Positions 9,992 to 21,796 of a stretch of DNA of 64,000 nt are shown one piece after another (position 1 is the stretch's first letter; the number at the start of each line of letters is the position of its first letter). The notes under the pieces are model-generated. The model saw nothing but the letters and a program-made list of their open reading frames with translations, was not told where the DNA came from and did not search any database. The position numbers and the translations under genes are program-made. Origin of the DNA: Polyangiaceae bacterium (GTDB lineage: Bacteria > Myxococcota_A > Polyangia > Polyangiales > Polyangiaceae); NCBI GenBank assembly GCA_044222475.1, contig JBGANF010000001.1:96001-160000 (forward strand), written 5' to 3'.

Positions 9992-11341
9992 ATGCCGCTT
10001 CACCGCGCCGACGAGGCGCGACCGCTCGAGGGCACGCCCTACGATCTCGTGCGCCTCGTCGGCAAGGGGTCGATGGGCGAGGTCTACGAGGCGGTGCATC
10101 GAACGCTCCGCAAGCGGAGAGCGATCAAGATCCTCGCCGCGCATCTCGTCAACCGACCCGACCTCGCGGAGCGCATGCGCGTCGAGGCCCAGCTGCTCGC
10201 GAGCATCCGCCATCCGAACCTCGTCGAGGTCGTCGACCTCGGCGTGTCGAGCGATGGACGGCTCTACTTCGTGATGGACCTGCTCGAGGGGCACACGTTG
10301 AGGCGCACGATCGAGGCCAACGCTCCGATGCGGCCGGCGCTCGCGCTCGAGCTCATGATCCCGATCCTCGACGGGCTCGCCGCCGCACACGCGGCAGGGG
10401 TGGTTCACCGTGACGTGAAACCGGAGAACGTGTTCGTGCTCGCGGCGACCGGCGACGTGAAGGTGCTCGACTTCGGCGTCGCGAAGGTCGGTCAGACCGC
10501 GGCGACGCTCACGAAGACGTCGTTCACCGCCGGGACCCCGCGGTACATGGCGCCGGAGCAGGTCGATGGGCGACCCTCCGATGCGCGCACGGATCTCTTC
10601 GCGTGCGGGAGCGTGTTGTACGAGCTGCTCACGGGCCGCGGTCCGTTCGATCGGGACGAACGGATGGCGCTCGCGTTCGCGATCATGACCGCGGAGCCCG
10701 CGCCGATGACGTCGGGGCACGTCCTTTCGGAGCGGTTGCGCGCCGCGGTGGCGAAGGCGCTCGCGAAGGACCCGGCGCGGAGGTTCGGGAGCGCGGAGGA
10801 GATGGCGACGGAGCTTCGGGCGTGCTTGGCGGAGGCGGAGGCGGTCGGGCGGATGCCGGTGACGACGGTGGTGATGCCGGCGGCGGTGGTGGCGCCCGTT
10901 TCGGAACCCGTACCCGTCCCCGCCCCCGTACCCGCCCCCGGCAGTGAGCGGAGGGGCGGTGGGATCGTGGTGGCGATCGTGGTGGTGGTCGTGTTGGCGG
11001 TGGGCGGCGGGATCGTGGGGTGGTGGGCTGCGCGACCGGGGAGGTCGACGGGGACGAGTACGAGCACGGGAACGGGAACGGGGACGAGTACGACTACGAA
11101 CACGACTACGAGCACGAGCACGAGCACGGGAACGGGGACGAGTACGGGTACGAGCACGGCCACGAACACGACTACGAGCACGAGCACGAGCACGGGAACG
11201 GGGACGAGTACGAGCACGAGCACGAGTACGAGTACGAGCACGGGGGCGGCGACGGCGCGGCCCAAGGCATCCGCTTCGAGTCCCACTTTGGGACTCGAAG
11301 CGACCGACGCAGGCCCCCGACGCCCCGGCAGCGGCCTGTGA
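9992..11341 (+). CDS. Membrane Ser/Thr protein kinase (Hanks type) with Thr/Ser-rich extracytoplasmic stalk
   Basis: GKGSMGEVY, AIK, HRDVKPEN, DFG and GTPRYMAPEQ motifs, then a TM helix and TS/TG repeats. The real start is ATG 9992; the long upstream extension in the ORF track is antisense to panC/tmk. Confidence 0.92.
   Translation: MPLHRADEARPLEGTPYDLVRLVGKGSMGEVYEAVHRTLRKRRAIKILAAHLVNRPDLAERMRVEAQLLASIRHPNLVEVVDLGVSSDGRLYFVMDLLEGHTLRRTIEANAPMRPALALELMIPILDGLAAAHAAGVVHRDVKPENVFVLAATGDVKVLDFGVAKVGQTAATLTKTSFTAGTPRYMAPEQVDGRPSDARTDLFACGSVLYELLTGRGPFDRDERMALAFAIMTAEPAPMTSGHVLSERLRAAVAKALAKDPARRFGSAEEMATELRACLAEAEAVGRMPVTTVVMPAAVVAPVSEPVPVPAPVPAPGSERRGGGIVVAIVVVVVLAVGGGIVGWWAARPGRSTGTSTSTGTGTGTSTTTNTTTSTSTSTGTGTSTGTSTATNTTTSTSTSTGTGTSTSTSTSTSTSTGAATARPKASASSPTLGLEATDAGPRRPGSGL
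11046..11243 (+). repeat. Degenerate hexamer tandem repeat (ACGAGC/ACGAGT/ACGGGA/ACGACT) encoding a Thr-Ser/Thr-Gly stalk
   Basis: Directly visible ACGNNN period-6 run inside the 3' end of the kinase, with a larger duplicated block. Confidence 0.85.
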
Positions 11342-11357
11342 TAGCCTCCCCCGCGGG

Positions 11358-12338
11358 ATGGGACGCACTCGCAACCTGATCGCTCTCGCGATTCTCGTCG
11401 TCGCCTCACGCGCCGCCGCCGACCCCACTCCATCCGAGCTCCAAGCCGCCCGCGATCTGTTCGACAAAGCCGTCGCCGACGAAGATGCCGGGCGCTGGAA
11501 AGACGCTCTCGACAAGATGAAGCGCGCGGGCAGCGTCAAGATGACCCCCGGCATCCGCTTCCACATCGCCCTCGCCGAAGAGAAGTCCGGTCAGCTCGTC
11601 GCCGCACTCGCCGACTACACCGCCGCCGAGCAAGCCGCCAAGGCGGAGAAGAACAAAGAGGTCCTCGACCTCGTCAGCGAACCGCTCAAGTCGCTGCGCG
11701 CGCGGGTGCCGGTGCTCACCATCAACGTCCCCGACGGCGCCGAGGTCGTGCTCGACGGCAAGCCGCTCCCCGTCGGCCTCTTCGGCATCGGCATGCCAGT
11801 GGAGCCCAACCAGGCCCACACCATCGACGCAAAAGCCACCGGCAAGCTTCCCTTCACGACCCAGATCACCCTGAAGGAACGCGAGACGAAGAGCGTCGAC
11901 GTCCACTTCACCGACGCACCCAAAGGCACCGAGCCTCCCCCACCCGACAAGCCTCCTCCCCCGCCCGACAAGCCGCCGCCCCCGCCCGACAAGCCTCCGC
12001 CCGACGCGCCCTCCGATGGCTCGCGCTCTCTCGTCGCTCCGATCACGTTCACCGCGCTCGCCGTGGGAACGCTCGCATTCGGGTTCGCTTCGTTCTTCGT
12101 CGCCGGCGGCAAACAAGACGACCTTCGCGCGGCGTGCCCGACTTCCCTTCCGAGCGCCTGCGACGACCTCAAAGGTCCGGTGCGCACGTGGGACGCGCTG
12201 GCGCTCGGCAGCTTCGTTGCCGCCGGCGCGCTCGCCGTCGTCAGCGTCGTCCTCTGGGCGCAGCCCGGCCCCGGCGGTGGCAAGGTAGCCGTGTCGGCGA
12301 CCCCCGGCGGCGCTTCGCTGCGATGGAGCTTTCGATGA
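11358..12338 (+). CDS. Secreted TPR + PEGA-like domain protein with C-terminal hydrophobic hairpin
   Basis: Signal peptide, TPR-like helices (ARDLFDKAV...ALADY), PEGA-like segment (EVVLDGKPL), PPPPDK repeats, two hydrophobic helices, terminal GASLRWSFR. Confidence 0.75.
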   Translation: MGRTRNLIALAILVVASRAAADPTPSELQAARDLFDKAVADEDAGRWKDALDKMKRAGSVKMTPGIRFHIALAEEKSGQLVAALADYTAAEQAAKAEKNKEVLDLVSEPLKSLRARVPVLTINVPDGAEVVLDGKPLPVGLFGIGMPVEPNQAHTIDAKATGKLPFTTQITLKERETKSVDVHFTDAPKGTEPPPPDKPPPPPDKPPPPPDKPPPDAPSDGSRSLVAPITFTALAVGTLAFGFASFFVAGGKQDDLRAACPTSLPSACDDLKGPVRTWDALALGSFVAAGALAVVSVVLWAQPGPGGGKVAVSATPGGASLRWSFR

Positions 12339-13405
12339 AGCTCGCTCGCATCGGGCTCGGCGTCGCCCTCGTTGGCGCGTTCGTCGCCTGCGCCGACCTC
12401 TTCCACGACACCGACTCGCCGAACCTCTGCGACGTCGACGCATCCGCTCCCGGGTGCACCACGAGCGACGCCGGCGTCGAGATCTGCGCCACCGACCACG
12501 CCACCGCCGAGAAGCGCGCGCTCCACGCGTGCGCGTGGCTCGCCGCGTGCGAGAACCCCATCGGCAAGAACGCCACCGGCGAGTGCATCGTCGAGGCGCT
12601 CCAAGCCTACGATTGCCAAGCCAACCCGAACCGCCGGCCGAAGCTCGGAGCGAAGACGTTCTGGGTCGAGCTCGCCAACGTCAAGAGCTGCGCCGACGTC
12701 GACAAGGCCGTGTTGCCCAAGGGCGTCGGCAACTGCGGCGGCGCCGGCTACATCGGCTGCAGCCAGGGTGGCGGCAACGAGACCTCGCGGCTGCAATGCG
12801 CCGCCAACGGGCAGCGATACTTCGGCGAAAATTGCATTCTACAAGGAAAGACCTGCGACTCGCTCCCGCAGGCCGGCGACGGCGGCGGCAACAACGCGGC
12901 GCTCTGTCTCGGCGACAAGCGACGCGCATGCACGCAGAGCGGATGCAACGGCGCCCACCTCGCGGCCTGCGACGACGCGGGGCTCGATCGCGGAATGGAC
13001 TGCTCTCTCTTCGGAACCGGGAAGTGCATCGCCACCGGTGCTCAACCGGGCTGCGAGCCCGAGGGAGCGATCACCTGCCAGGGCAAAGCGGACATCACGT
13101 GCACCTCGGGCGGCGTCGCCGAGTCCTGTCAGACCGGTGCAAAAGAAGCTGTAGACTGCACGTACATCAGCGGGCCCGCGCCCGACAACTGCATCTCGAT
13201 CCCGAACGCTCCTCTCGGCACGCCGGCCGCGGCCGCCTGTCGTCGAAGCGCGGGGTGCAGCGTCGACACCTGCAGCGCCGGCAAGCTCGTCGCGTGCGTC
13301 GCCGGGCGAAGCGTCACGATCGACTGCAGCGGCGACGGCTTGAAGCCGTGCAACGACGCGCTGAACACGCTCGAAGGCACGCGCGCCGCCTGCACGAGAC
13401 CCTGA
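12335..13405 (+). CDS. Cys-rich lipoprotein
   Basis: MKLARIGLGVALVGAFVAC lipobox and many Cys; ATG overlaps the upstream stop (ATGA). Confidence 0.75.
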   Translation: MKLARIGLGVALVGAFVACADLFHDTDSPNLCDVDASAPGCTTSDAGVEICATDHATAEKRALHACAWLAACENPIGKNATGECIVEALQAYDCQANPNRRPKLGAKTFWVELANVKSCADVDKAVLPKGVGNCGGAGYIGCSQGGGNETSRLQCAANGQRYFGENCILQGKTCDSLPQAGDGGGNNAALCLGDKRRACTQSGCNGAHLAACDDAGLDRGMDCSLFGTGKCIATGAQPGCEPEGAITCQGKADITCTSGGVAESCQTGAKEAVDCTYISGPAPDNCISIPNAPLGTPAAAACRRSAGCSVDTCSAGKLVACVAGRSVTIDCSGDGLKPCNDALNTLEGTRAACTRP

Positions 13406-13437
13406 TTCGACGAATCGGTGTTTTGGGTTCCCAAAAC
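13404..13437. terminator. Tandem short hairpins between convergent genes (possible terminator)
   Basis: GATTCG-A-CGAATC and GTTTTGGG-TT-CCCAAAAC inverted repeats in a 50-bp convergent intergenic gap. Confidence 0.35.
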
Positions 13438-13455
13438 TGGGAGGTGAACGGCGAT

Positions 13456-14667
13456 TCAGCGACCGAGCGACTGCTCGAGCTGCGCCTTCGCGAGCGCGTC
13501 GGCAGCGCTGGCGCTGTCGATGTCCGAGCCCTTCGACGCCGGCTTCGGGGCGGCCACGGCCGGCTTCGGCGCGGCGACGACCGGCTTCGGCGCGGCAGCG
13601 ACGACCGGCGGCTTCGGCGCAGCGGCGACGACCGGCGGCTTCGGCGCAGCGGCGACGACCGGCGGTGCGGCCGGCTTCACGTCGGCAACCTTCGTGTCGG
13701 CGACGACGGCGGGCGCCGCCGCGACCTTGGTGTCCGCGGCCTTCGCCGTCGGCGTGACGTCGGCGGCGCACGAGGCGGCCGGCGTGAGCGCAGCCGACAC
13801 GGCCTGCGCCGTGGTCTGCGCGCCGATGGTCTGCGTGTTCTGGGTGTTCTGGACCGGGGCCGTGTGAACCGGGGCCGCCGCGACGGTCGCGCCGACGTTC
13901 TGCGGCGGCGTGGCGACGATCTGCGGGCCTTGCGACGGATCGATGAGCGCCGCGGACGCGGTGACGAAGGAGTCGCTGCCGCCACGCGCGACGAGCGCCG
14001 CCGCGAGGCCGGTGAAGACGCCGACGGCGACGAGCGCCGCAGCCCACACCGCGGTCGGACGACCGGGGTTCAACTTCGTGCTCGACGTGACCTGCTGCGA
14101 CTGCGACGCGCTCGCGCCGACGGTCATCGACATGTCGATCGCGGCGGCCGAGCGCGGCTCCTCCATGCGGAGGGACGAGACCGGCGGCGGCGGAACGTCC
14201 GAGCGGATGCGGCCCGAGCTCTCGTCGAGCATGCGGCGGGCCGACGGCGAGCTCATCGACAGAACGGAGCGCGAGGAGTTCGGGTGGATGCGCGTCGCCT
14301 CCTCGTCCGAGAAGCTCTCACGCGGCGGGATGACCGACGGCTCGTCGAACGTCGGCATCTTCGGCGAACGAAGGTCCAGCGTGCGGCGGGGCGCCTTCTC
14401 GGCGACCATCAGGGTGCGCTCGTTGTCGTCCGACGGGGGGCGGAACGAGATCGGGGGGCGGGTGCTGGGGCGGGGCGGCGGAGCGCTCGGCGAGGGGAGC
14501 GAACGGCTCGACATCGGAGCCGGCGAACGGCTCGAGGAGTAGCGGGGGGCGGCGCCAGCGGCCGGGCGAACGCTCGGCGGGCGGACCGGCGGAAGCTGAA
14601 CCGGCTCCACCTCGTCCGTCTGAATCTCGATCTCGCTGTTGTTGCGTCGCTTGTTGAAAGGGAGCAC
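13456..14667 (-). CDS. Low-complexity Pro/Ala-rich single-pass membrane protein
   Basis: Disordered Pro/Ser/Arg N-terminus, one TM helix (VWAAALVAVGVFTGLAAALVA), VVAAAPKP repeats, C-terminal ADALAKAQLEQSL helix. Confidence 0.7.
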   Translation of the reverse strand: MLPFNKRRNNSEIEIQTDEVEPVQLPPVRPPSVRPAAGAAPRYSSSRSPAPMSSRSLPSPSAPPPRPSTRPPISFRPPSDDNERTLMVAEKAPRRTLDLRSPKMPTFDEPSVIPPRESFSDEEATRIHPNSSRSVLSMSSPSARRMLDESSGRIRSDVPPPPVSSLRMEEPRSAAAIDMSMTVGASASQSQQVTSSTKLNPGRPTAVWAAALVAVGVFTGLAAALVARGGSDSFVTASAALIDPSQGPQIVATPPQNVGATVAAAPVHTAPVQNTQNTQTIGAQTTAQAVSAALTPAASCAADVTPTAKAADTKVAAAPAVVADTKVADVKPAAPPVVAAAPKPPVVAAAPKPPVVAAAPKPVVAAPKPAVAAPKPASKGSDIDSASAADALAKAQLEQSLGR

Positions 14668-15000
14668 GTCAGCCTCCTGTTCCGCCCACCTTCATTGCAC
14701 ATCGCGGTCCATCGCCCACGGCGACGTACCTGAACGCAAAGGGCCCATTTCACCGAGAATATTCGGGTGCGACAAGGTCGCAGGATCCCGCACTACCCGC
14801 GGTCATTCGCGAATGTTGGGGGTCCAGTGATCCACCCCACCCCGAGATTTCGCGGTAATGTAGGCCAGTGTGGGCACGACCGCCCAAGGCCCCCTCGCGA
14901 CCAGTCGCGGCCCCTTTTCGGAGAACGAATCATCTGGCCCCAGCGTAGGAAGGATCAGGACTAGAATCGTGGTTACCAAGTCCGTGGAGGCGATGCATTC

Positions 15001-17052
<2,052 letters not shown>

Positions 17053-17169
17053 TCGCTGTACCCTCGCGCGCAGCCTCGACCCGCTTCATCTGGCGGGCCC
17101 GCGGCTCGGGGCGAATGAACACGCGCCGCGCGCCACGTCAGGTGGTTCCGCGGCGCAGGGCAGGAGATC

Positions 17170-18210
17170 ATGACGCAGAACTACGATGAGGTGCTGAAGC
17201 AGGCCCAGGGCGCGGTCGCCACGTTGCGCGACGCGATCGGCAAGGTCGTCGTCGGTCAAGCGGCCGTCGTCGATCAAGTCATGTGGGGCCTCGTCGCCGG
17301 CGGTCACGTCCTCCTCGAGGGTGCCCCCGGTCTCGGCAAGACCCTGCTCGTGCGAACCCTGTCGCAGTGCCTCGACCTCAAGTTCTCGCGCATCCAGTTC
17401 ACGCCCGACCTGATGCCGAGCGACGTGGTCGGCACCAACGTGCTCGTGATGGACGCGGCCCAACGCGCCGCCGGCAGCATGTTCGCGGTCCAGAAGGGCC
17501 CCATCTTCGGGCAGATCGTCCTCGCCGACGAAATCAACCGCGCGACGCCGAAGACCCAGTCGGCGCTCCTCGAAGCCATGGCCGAAGCCGCGGTCACGAT
17601 CGCCGGCACGCGCCACCCGCTCGACGAGCCGTTCTGCGTCCTCGCGACCGAGAACCCGATCGAGATGGAGGGCACCTATCCGCTGCCCGAGGCGCAGCTC
17701 GATCGCTTCCTCCTCAAGGTGATCGTCCCGAACCCGTCCGAGGACGAGCTGTGCGACATCCTCACGCGGACGACCGGCAAGGCGGTGGAAGCCCCGCCTC
17801 GCGTGCTCACGCGCGAAGGCGTCATCCAGCTTCGAAACCTGTGCCGCGAAGTCGCGGTCGCCGAGCCCGTCGTGCGGTACGCCGCGCGGTTCGTTCGCGC
17901 GAGCGATCCGACGTCGAAGGACGCTCCCGAGCTCGTGAAGCGCGGAGTGCGCTTCGGCGCCGCCGTCCGCGGAGCCCAGTCGCTCGTCCTCGCGGCCAAG
18001 GCCGTCGCGCTCTGCGAGGGCCGGCCCAACGTGTCGTTCCAGGACATCCAGAAGGTCGCGAAGCCGTCGCTCCGTCATCGCATCATTCGATCGTTCGAGG
18101 GCGAGGCCGACGGCATCACCACGGACGCGATCGTGGACGCGCTGCTCGCCGGCGTGCCGACCCGTCCGCCGAGCGTCGAGGGCGAGCGCAAAGGCGGAGC
18201 AGCGGCATGA
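17170..18210 (+). CDS. MoxR family AAA+ ATPase
   Basis: HVLLEGAPGLGKT, RIQFTPDLMPSD, LADEINRATPKTQSALLEAM and NPIEMEGTYPLPEAQLDRF motifs. Confidence 0.95.
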   Translation: MTQNYDEVLKQAQGAVATLRDAIGKVVVGQAAVVDQVMWGLVAGGHVLLEGAPGLGKTLLVRTLSQCLDLKFSRIQFTPDLMPSDVVGTNVLVMDAAQRAAGSMFAVQKGPIFGQIVLADEINRATPKTQSALLEAMAEAAVTIAGTRHPLDEPFCVLATENPIEMEGTYPLPEAQLDRFLLKVIVPNPSEDELCDILTRTTGKAVEAPPRVLTREGVIQLRNLCREVAVAEPVVRYAARFVRASDPTSKDAPELVKRGVRFGAAVRGAQSLVLAAKAVALCEGRPNVSFQDIQKVAKPSLRHRIIRSFEGEADGITTDAIVDALLAGVPTRPPSVEGERKGGAAA

Positions 18211-20576
18211 CGCGATTCGGCGCGGAGCCGCGCGGGTACGCCGGACGCGCGAGCATGCGACTCGCGGTCTCGACGCTCGCGCTCGCGATGCTGGCCGTGG
18301 CGCCAGCGGCCGAAGCTGGACCGACGCCACCGCCAACGGCCTCGGCGTCGGGCAGCGCCGCGGCTGCCGCCGCGCCCCTTCCCCTCGCCGTCCGCGCACT
18401 GCCCATCTTCGGGACCGAAGCGTCGCTCGGGTTCGGCTGGCAGGAGATCGCGGTGACGATGGACAACACCGCCGCCGCTCCTCAAAAGGGCACGCTCGAG
18501 CTCAAGAGCGTCGTCCCGTACGCCGAGAAGTCCACGTTCATCGCTCGCGCTCCCTACAACGTCCCCGCCGGCCGCAGCGCGATCGTTCGGTTGCCGACGA
18601 AGGGGATCAACAATCAACTGCCGACCGTCACCCTCTCGGTACAGAACGAGTCGGGCAAAGAGCTCCAAGCCCTCACCGTGACCGTCAACATGGGCCAGAG
18701 CCCCACGTTGATCGACGTCGACAACCCCGCTCGCATGGGGATGGTCCTCCGTGGCTGGCCGGCGAGCGTCGCCTACACGCTCACGCCCTCGTACGCCTAC
18801 TCGTACGCGCCGCCTCCGATCATGACGTTGAGCGTCGGCGCGCCCCAGTACGACCGCGCCACCGGCGATCCGATCCTCCCGACGCGCGCGGCGGCGTACG
18901 CCGGCGTCAACGTCGTGTTCATCCACTCGGATCAGCTCGTGCGCCTCGAGCCCGAGCAGAAGGACGCCCTCCTCGCGTGGGTCGCTGGCGGCGGAACGAT
19001 CGCGATCTCGATCGCGCGGCCCGAAGATCTGCGCAGCACCGAGGTGGAGTCGCTCGCTGGAGCGGGCATCGTCGCCGGAACGGCTCCGCCGGCTCTCCTC
19101 TCGCTGCCGACCGTGCCGCGCCCTTCCGCACCGCCCCCGATTCCGGTGCCGACCTACTACGACGACGAAGAGCTCGACTGGAACCCGACCGACAAGTCGT
19201 CTTCGGATTTCCACACGCTCGGCACGAGCGCCGCTCGGCCCGACCCCGCCGACTTCCTGAAGACGCGCACGAGCGTCGCAGGCGGCGGAGCTCCCGGCAC
19301 CGGCCCGGGCGACGCCGTGAAAGAGAAGCTCCATGGCTTCACCGGCGGAAGGCTCGTGCAGAGCAACTGGGGTGCGAGCGCGCGCTACGGCGTCGGCGAC
19401 GTCGAGCTCCTCGCCTTCGATCCGTCCGTCTCTCCGGGCTTGGACGATCCGTGGGTCCAGTGGCGCATGGTCGATCTCGTGAACCGCTCGTGGGATCGGC
19501 GCGCGACCCAGATCTTCCCGCCCGGCGCCGACGATCGGCGCACGTACTCCTACTGGGGCGGTCCCACCGGCGGCGACGAGATCCGCAAGGCGCTCGACCC
19601 GAACGAGAGCTTCCGGCCGGCGCTCGGCTTCGCCGCGATCCTACTCGTCCTCTATTCGATCCTCGTTGGCCCGGTGAACTTTCTCCGCGCGTCGAAGGCG
19701 GGGAAGCCGCTTCGTCCTCTCCTGTGGGCGCCGATCTTCAGCGCGGTCGCGTTCGGCGCGATCGTGATGACCGGGCTCGTGGTGAAGGGGTTCCGCGGGC
19801 GTGCGCGCCACCTCGCCCTCGTGGAGACGAGCGCCGGGAACAACCGCGGATCGATCTGTCGGTTCCGTGGCTTCTTCACGTCCGAGACGCGCTCCCTCAG
19901 CATCGCGGCGACCGACCGATCGAGCATCATCTCGGTTCAGTCGTCGGACTCGATCATGGACGACAAGGCGAGCCTGCGCATCGATCGCAACGGGCTCTCG
20001 CTCGAGAACCTCACGTCGCTCCCCTGGCAGACGTTGGTCATCCGCGAGAACGGCGCGACCGAGCTCAAAGGCACCGTCGATCTCAAGTCGGCCGGCGCAG
20101 GCACCACCGTCGACGTCACGAACCACCTCGGGGCGACGCTGAACGACGTGCTCGTCTACGTCCCCGGCGACGGCATCCGCTACTTCGCCGCCATCAAGGA
20201 CGGCGAGACCGTGACGGCGTCCGCGGGCACCTTCCTCCTCGGCTCCGCGAGCCGCCGCGTCGTGAGCGCGGGCTCTCTGTCCGTTCATCCGTTCGACGAG
20301 GCGACCGTCGCGGCGGCGTTGCCGCGCAAGGACGCGCAGCGCGTCGAGAAGGATTGGTCGCCTCTCTCGGCGACCGCCGGAGACGCCGTCGACTGGTGGC
20401 CGGACGACGTGCCCGTCGTCCTCGGCGAGGTCGAGGGCGGCGAGAAGCTCAAGAACGACTCCGGTCTCTCGCTCGAGAGCGACCGCTTGTTGCTGCGCGT
20501 CGTCGGGACGCCGGACCTCATGTCGGTCACGACGCCGACCGCCCCGCCCACGCCGACGGGAGGAGCCACGCCATGA
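18207..20576 (+). CDS. Large exported/membrane protein with glutamine-amidotransferase-like fold segment (MoxR operon)
   Basis: ATG overlaps the MoxR stop (alternative start 18255). Signal peptide, LEPEQKDALLAWVAGGG segment and two TM helices around YSILVGPVNF. Confidence 0.7.
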   Translation: MTRFGAEPRGYAGRASMRLAVSTLALAMLAVAPAAEAGPTPPPTASASGSAAAAAAPLPLAVRALPIFGTEASLGFGWQEIAVTMDNTAAAPQKGTLELKSVVPYAEKSTFIARAPYNVPAGRSAIVRLPTKGINNQLPTVTLSVQNESGKELQALTVTVNMGQSPTLIDVDNPARMGMVLRGWPASVAYTLTPSYAYSYAPPPIMTLSVGAPQYDRATGDPILPTRAAAYAGVNVVFIHSDQLVRLEPEQKDALLAWVAGGGTIAISIARPEDLRSTEVESLAGAGIVAGTAPPALLSLPTVPRPSAPPPIPVPTYYDDEELDWNPTDKSSSDFHTLGTSAARPDPADFLKTRTSVAGGGAPGTGPGDAVKEKLHGFTGGRLVQSNWGASARYGVGDVELLAFDPSVSPGLDDPWVQWRMVDLVNRSWDRRATQIFPPGADDRRTYSYWGGPTGGDEIRKALDPNESFRPALGFAAILLVLYSILVGPVNFLRASKAGKPLRPLLWAPIFSAVAFGAIVMTGLVVKGFRGRARHLALVETSAGNNRGSICRFRGFFTSETRSLSIAATDRSSIISVQSSDSIMDDKASLRIDRNGLSLENLTSLPWQTLVIRENGATELKGTVDLKSAGAGTTVDVTNHLGATLNDVLVYVPGDGIRYFAAIKDGETVTASAGTFLLGSASRRVVSAGSLSVHPFDEATVAAALPRKDAQRVEKDWSPLSATAGDAVDWWPDDVPVVLGEVEGGEKLKNDSGLSLESDRLLLRVVGTPDLMSVTTPTAPPTPTGGATP

Positions 20577-21796
20577 CGCAAGAGCAAGCCCCCGCCTCCA
20601 GCGCGCCGAGCAGCCAGGGCCCCGGAAGCTGGGTCGCCGGCACCACGCCCGCGATTCGCGTCCGTCACCTCTGGCACCGCTTCGGTCGCTTCGACGTTCT
20701 CCGCGACGTCAGCTTCGAGGTCGGTCACGGCGAGATCTTCGGCTTCATCGGCCCGAACGGCGCCGGCAAGACGACGACGATTCGCATCATGGCGACTCTC
20801 CTCGAGCCGCTCGCCGGTCGCGTCGAGGTCGACGGGTTCGACGTGTCGGTCGATCCCGAAGCCGTGCGAAAGATCATCGGCTACATGCCGGACCACGCGG
20901 GCGTGTACGAGCGCGTCACCGTGCGCGAGTACCTCGAGTTCTTCGCCGACGCGTACAAGGTCGCGCCCGATGGCAACTACGGCGTCGTCGACGCCGTCAT
21001 GGAGCTCACCGACCTGACGAAGCTGCGCGACAAGCTCGTCGCCACGATGTCGAAGGGCATGAAGCAGCGCCTCCAGCTCGCGCGCACGTTGCTGCACGAC
21101 CCGAAGGTGCTCATCCTCGACGAGCCGGCGAGCGATCTCGACCCGCGCGCGCGCATCGAGATCCGCGACCTCCTCGTCGAGCTCCGCAACATGGGCAAGA
21201 CGGTGTTCCTCTCGAGCCACATCCTCACCGAGCTCGCCGACGTGTGCACGTCGGTCGCGATCCTCGAGCGCGGAAGGCTCGTCGTGTCGGGGCCCATCAC
21301 TGACATCGCTCGGCGCCTCGAGGAAGCCGCGGCCGCCCGCCAGCCGGCGCCTCAGCAAGCTCAAGTGCCGGCTCACACCCCCGAGAGCCACGCGGCGGCG
21401 CTGGCGCACATGGGTCACTCCACGTCCCCGATCCACGCCACCATGCCACTCGCGGCCCATGGCGCTCAGGCGAGCGCTCACGCCACGCAGGTCAGCGGCG
21501 GACCGATCGAGCCCGCGCCGCACACCGTTCATCGCGGGTTCCGGAAGCGCGCCAAGCTCAAGGCGATCGGCGCGCTCGAACAAGTCCAGGCGGCGCTCAC
21601 CGGAGTGCCGAACGTCTTCGACGTCGCCGCGTCCCCTGGTGGGACGTTCCTCGTCACCTACGCTGGTGACGATCAAGTACTCGGTTCGATCGTGAAGGCG
21701 CTCGTCGGCGCCGACATCGCCGTCATCGGAGTGGAGCCCGAGCGCAACGAGCTCGAGCGGATCTTCCTCGAAGTCACGAAGGGCGAGGTGCAGTGA
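20573..21796 (+). CDS. ABC transporter ATP-binding protein
   Basis: GPNGAGKTT Walker A, MSKGMKQR signature, LILDEP Walker B, SSH switch. Confidence 0.93.
   Translation: MTQEQAPASSAPSSQGPGSWVAGTTPAIRVRHLWHRFGRFDVLRDVSFEVGHGEIFGFIGPNGAGKTTTIRIMATLLEPLAGRVEVDGFDVSVDPEAVRKIIGYMPDHAGVYERVTVREYLEFFADAYKVAPDGNYGVVDAVMELTDLTKLRDKLVATMSKGMKQRLQLARTLLHDPKVLILDEPASDLDPRARIEIRDLLVELRNMGKTVFLSSHILTELADVCTSVAILERGRLVVSGPITDIARRLEEAAAARQPAPQQAQVPAHTPESHAAALAHMGHSTSPIHATMPLAAHGAQASAHATQVSGGPIEPAPHTVHRGFRKRAKLKAIGALEQVQAALTGVPNVFDVAASPGGTFLVTYAGDDQVLGSIVKALVGADIAVIGVEPERNELERIFLEVTKGEVQ

Noticed and set aside
11020..11379. His/Glu/Tyr-rich ORF that looks like a metal-binding peptide
   Set aside because: Alternative frame of the hexamer repeat inside the kinase gene.
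14668..15000. ncRNA, riboswitch or sigma54 promoter in the divergent intergenic region
   Set aside because: No recognisable motif or convincing long stem by eye; a covariance-model search would be needed.
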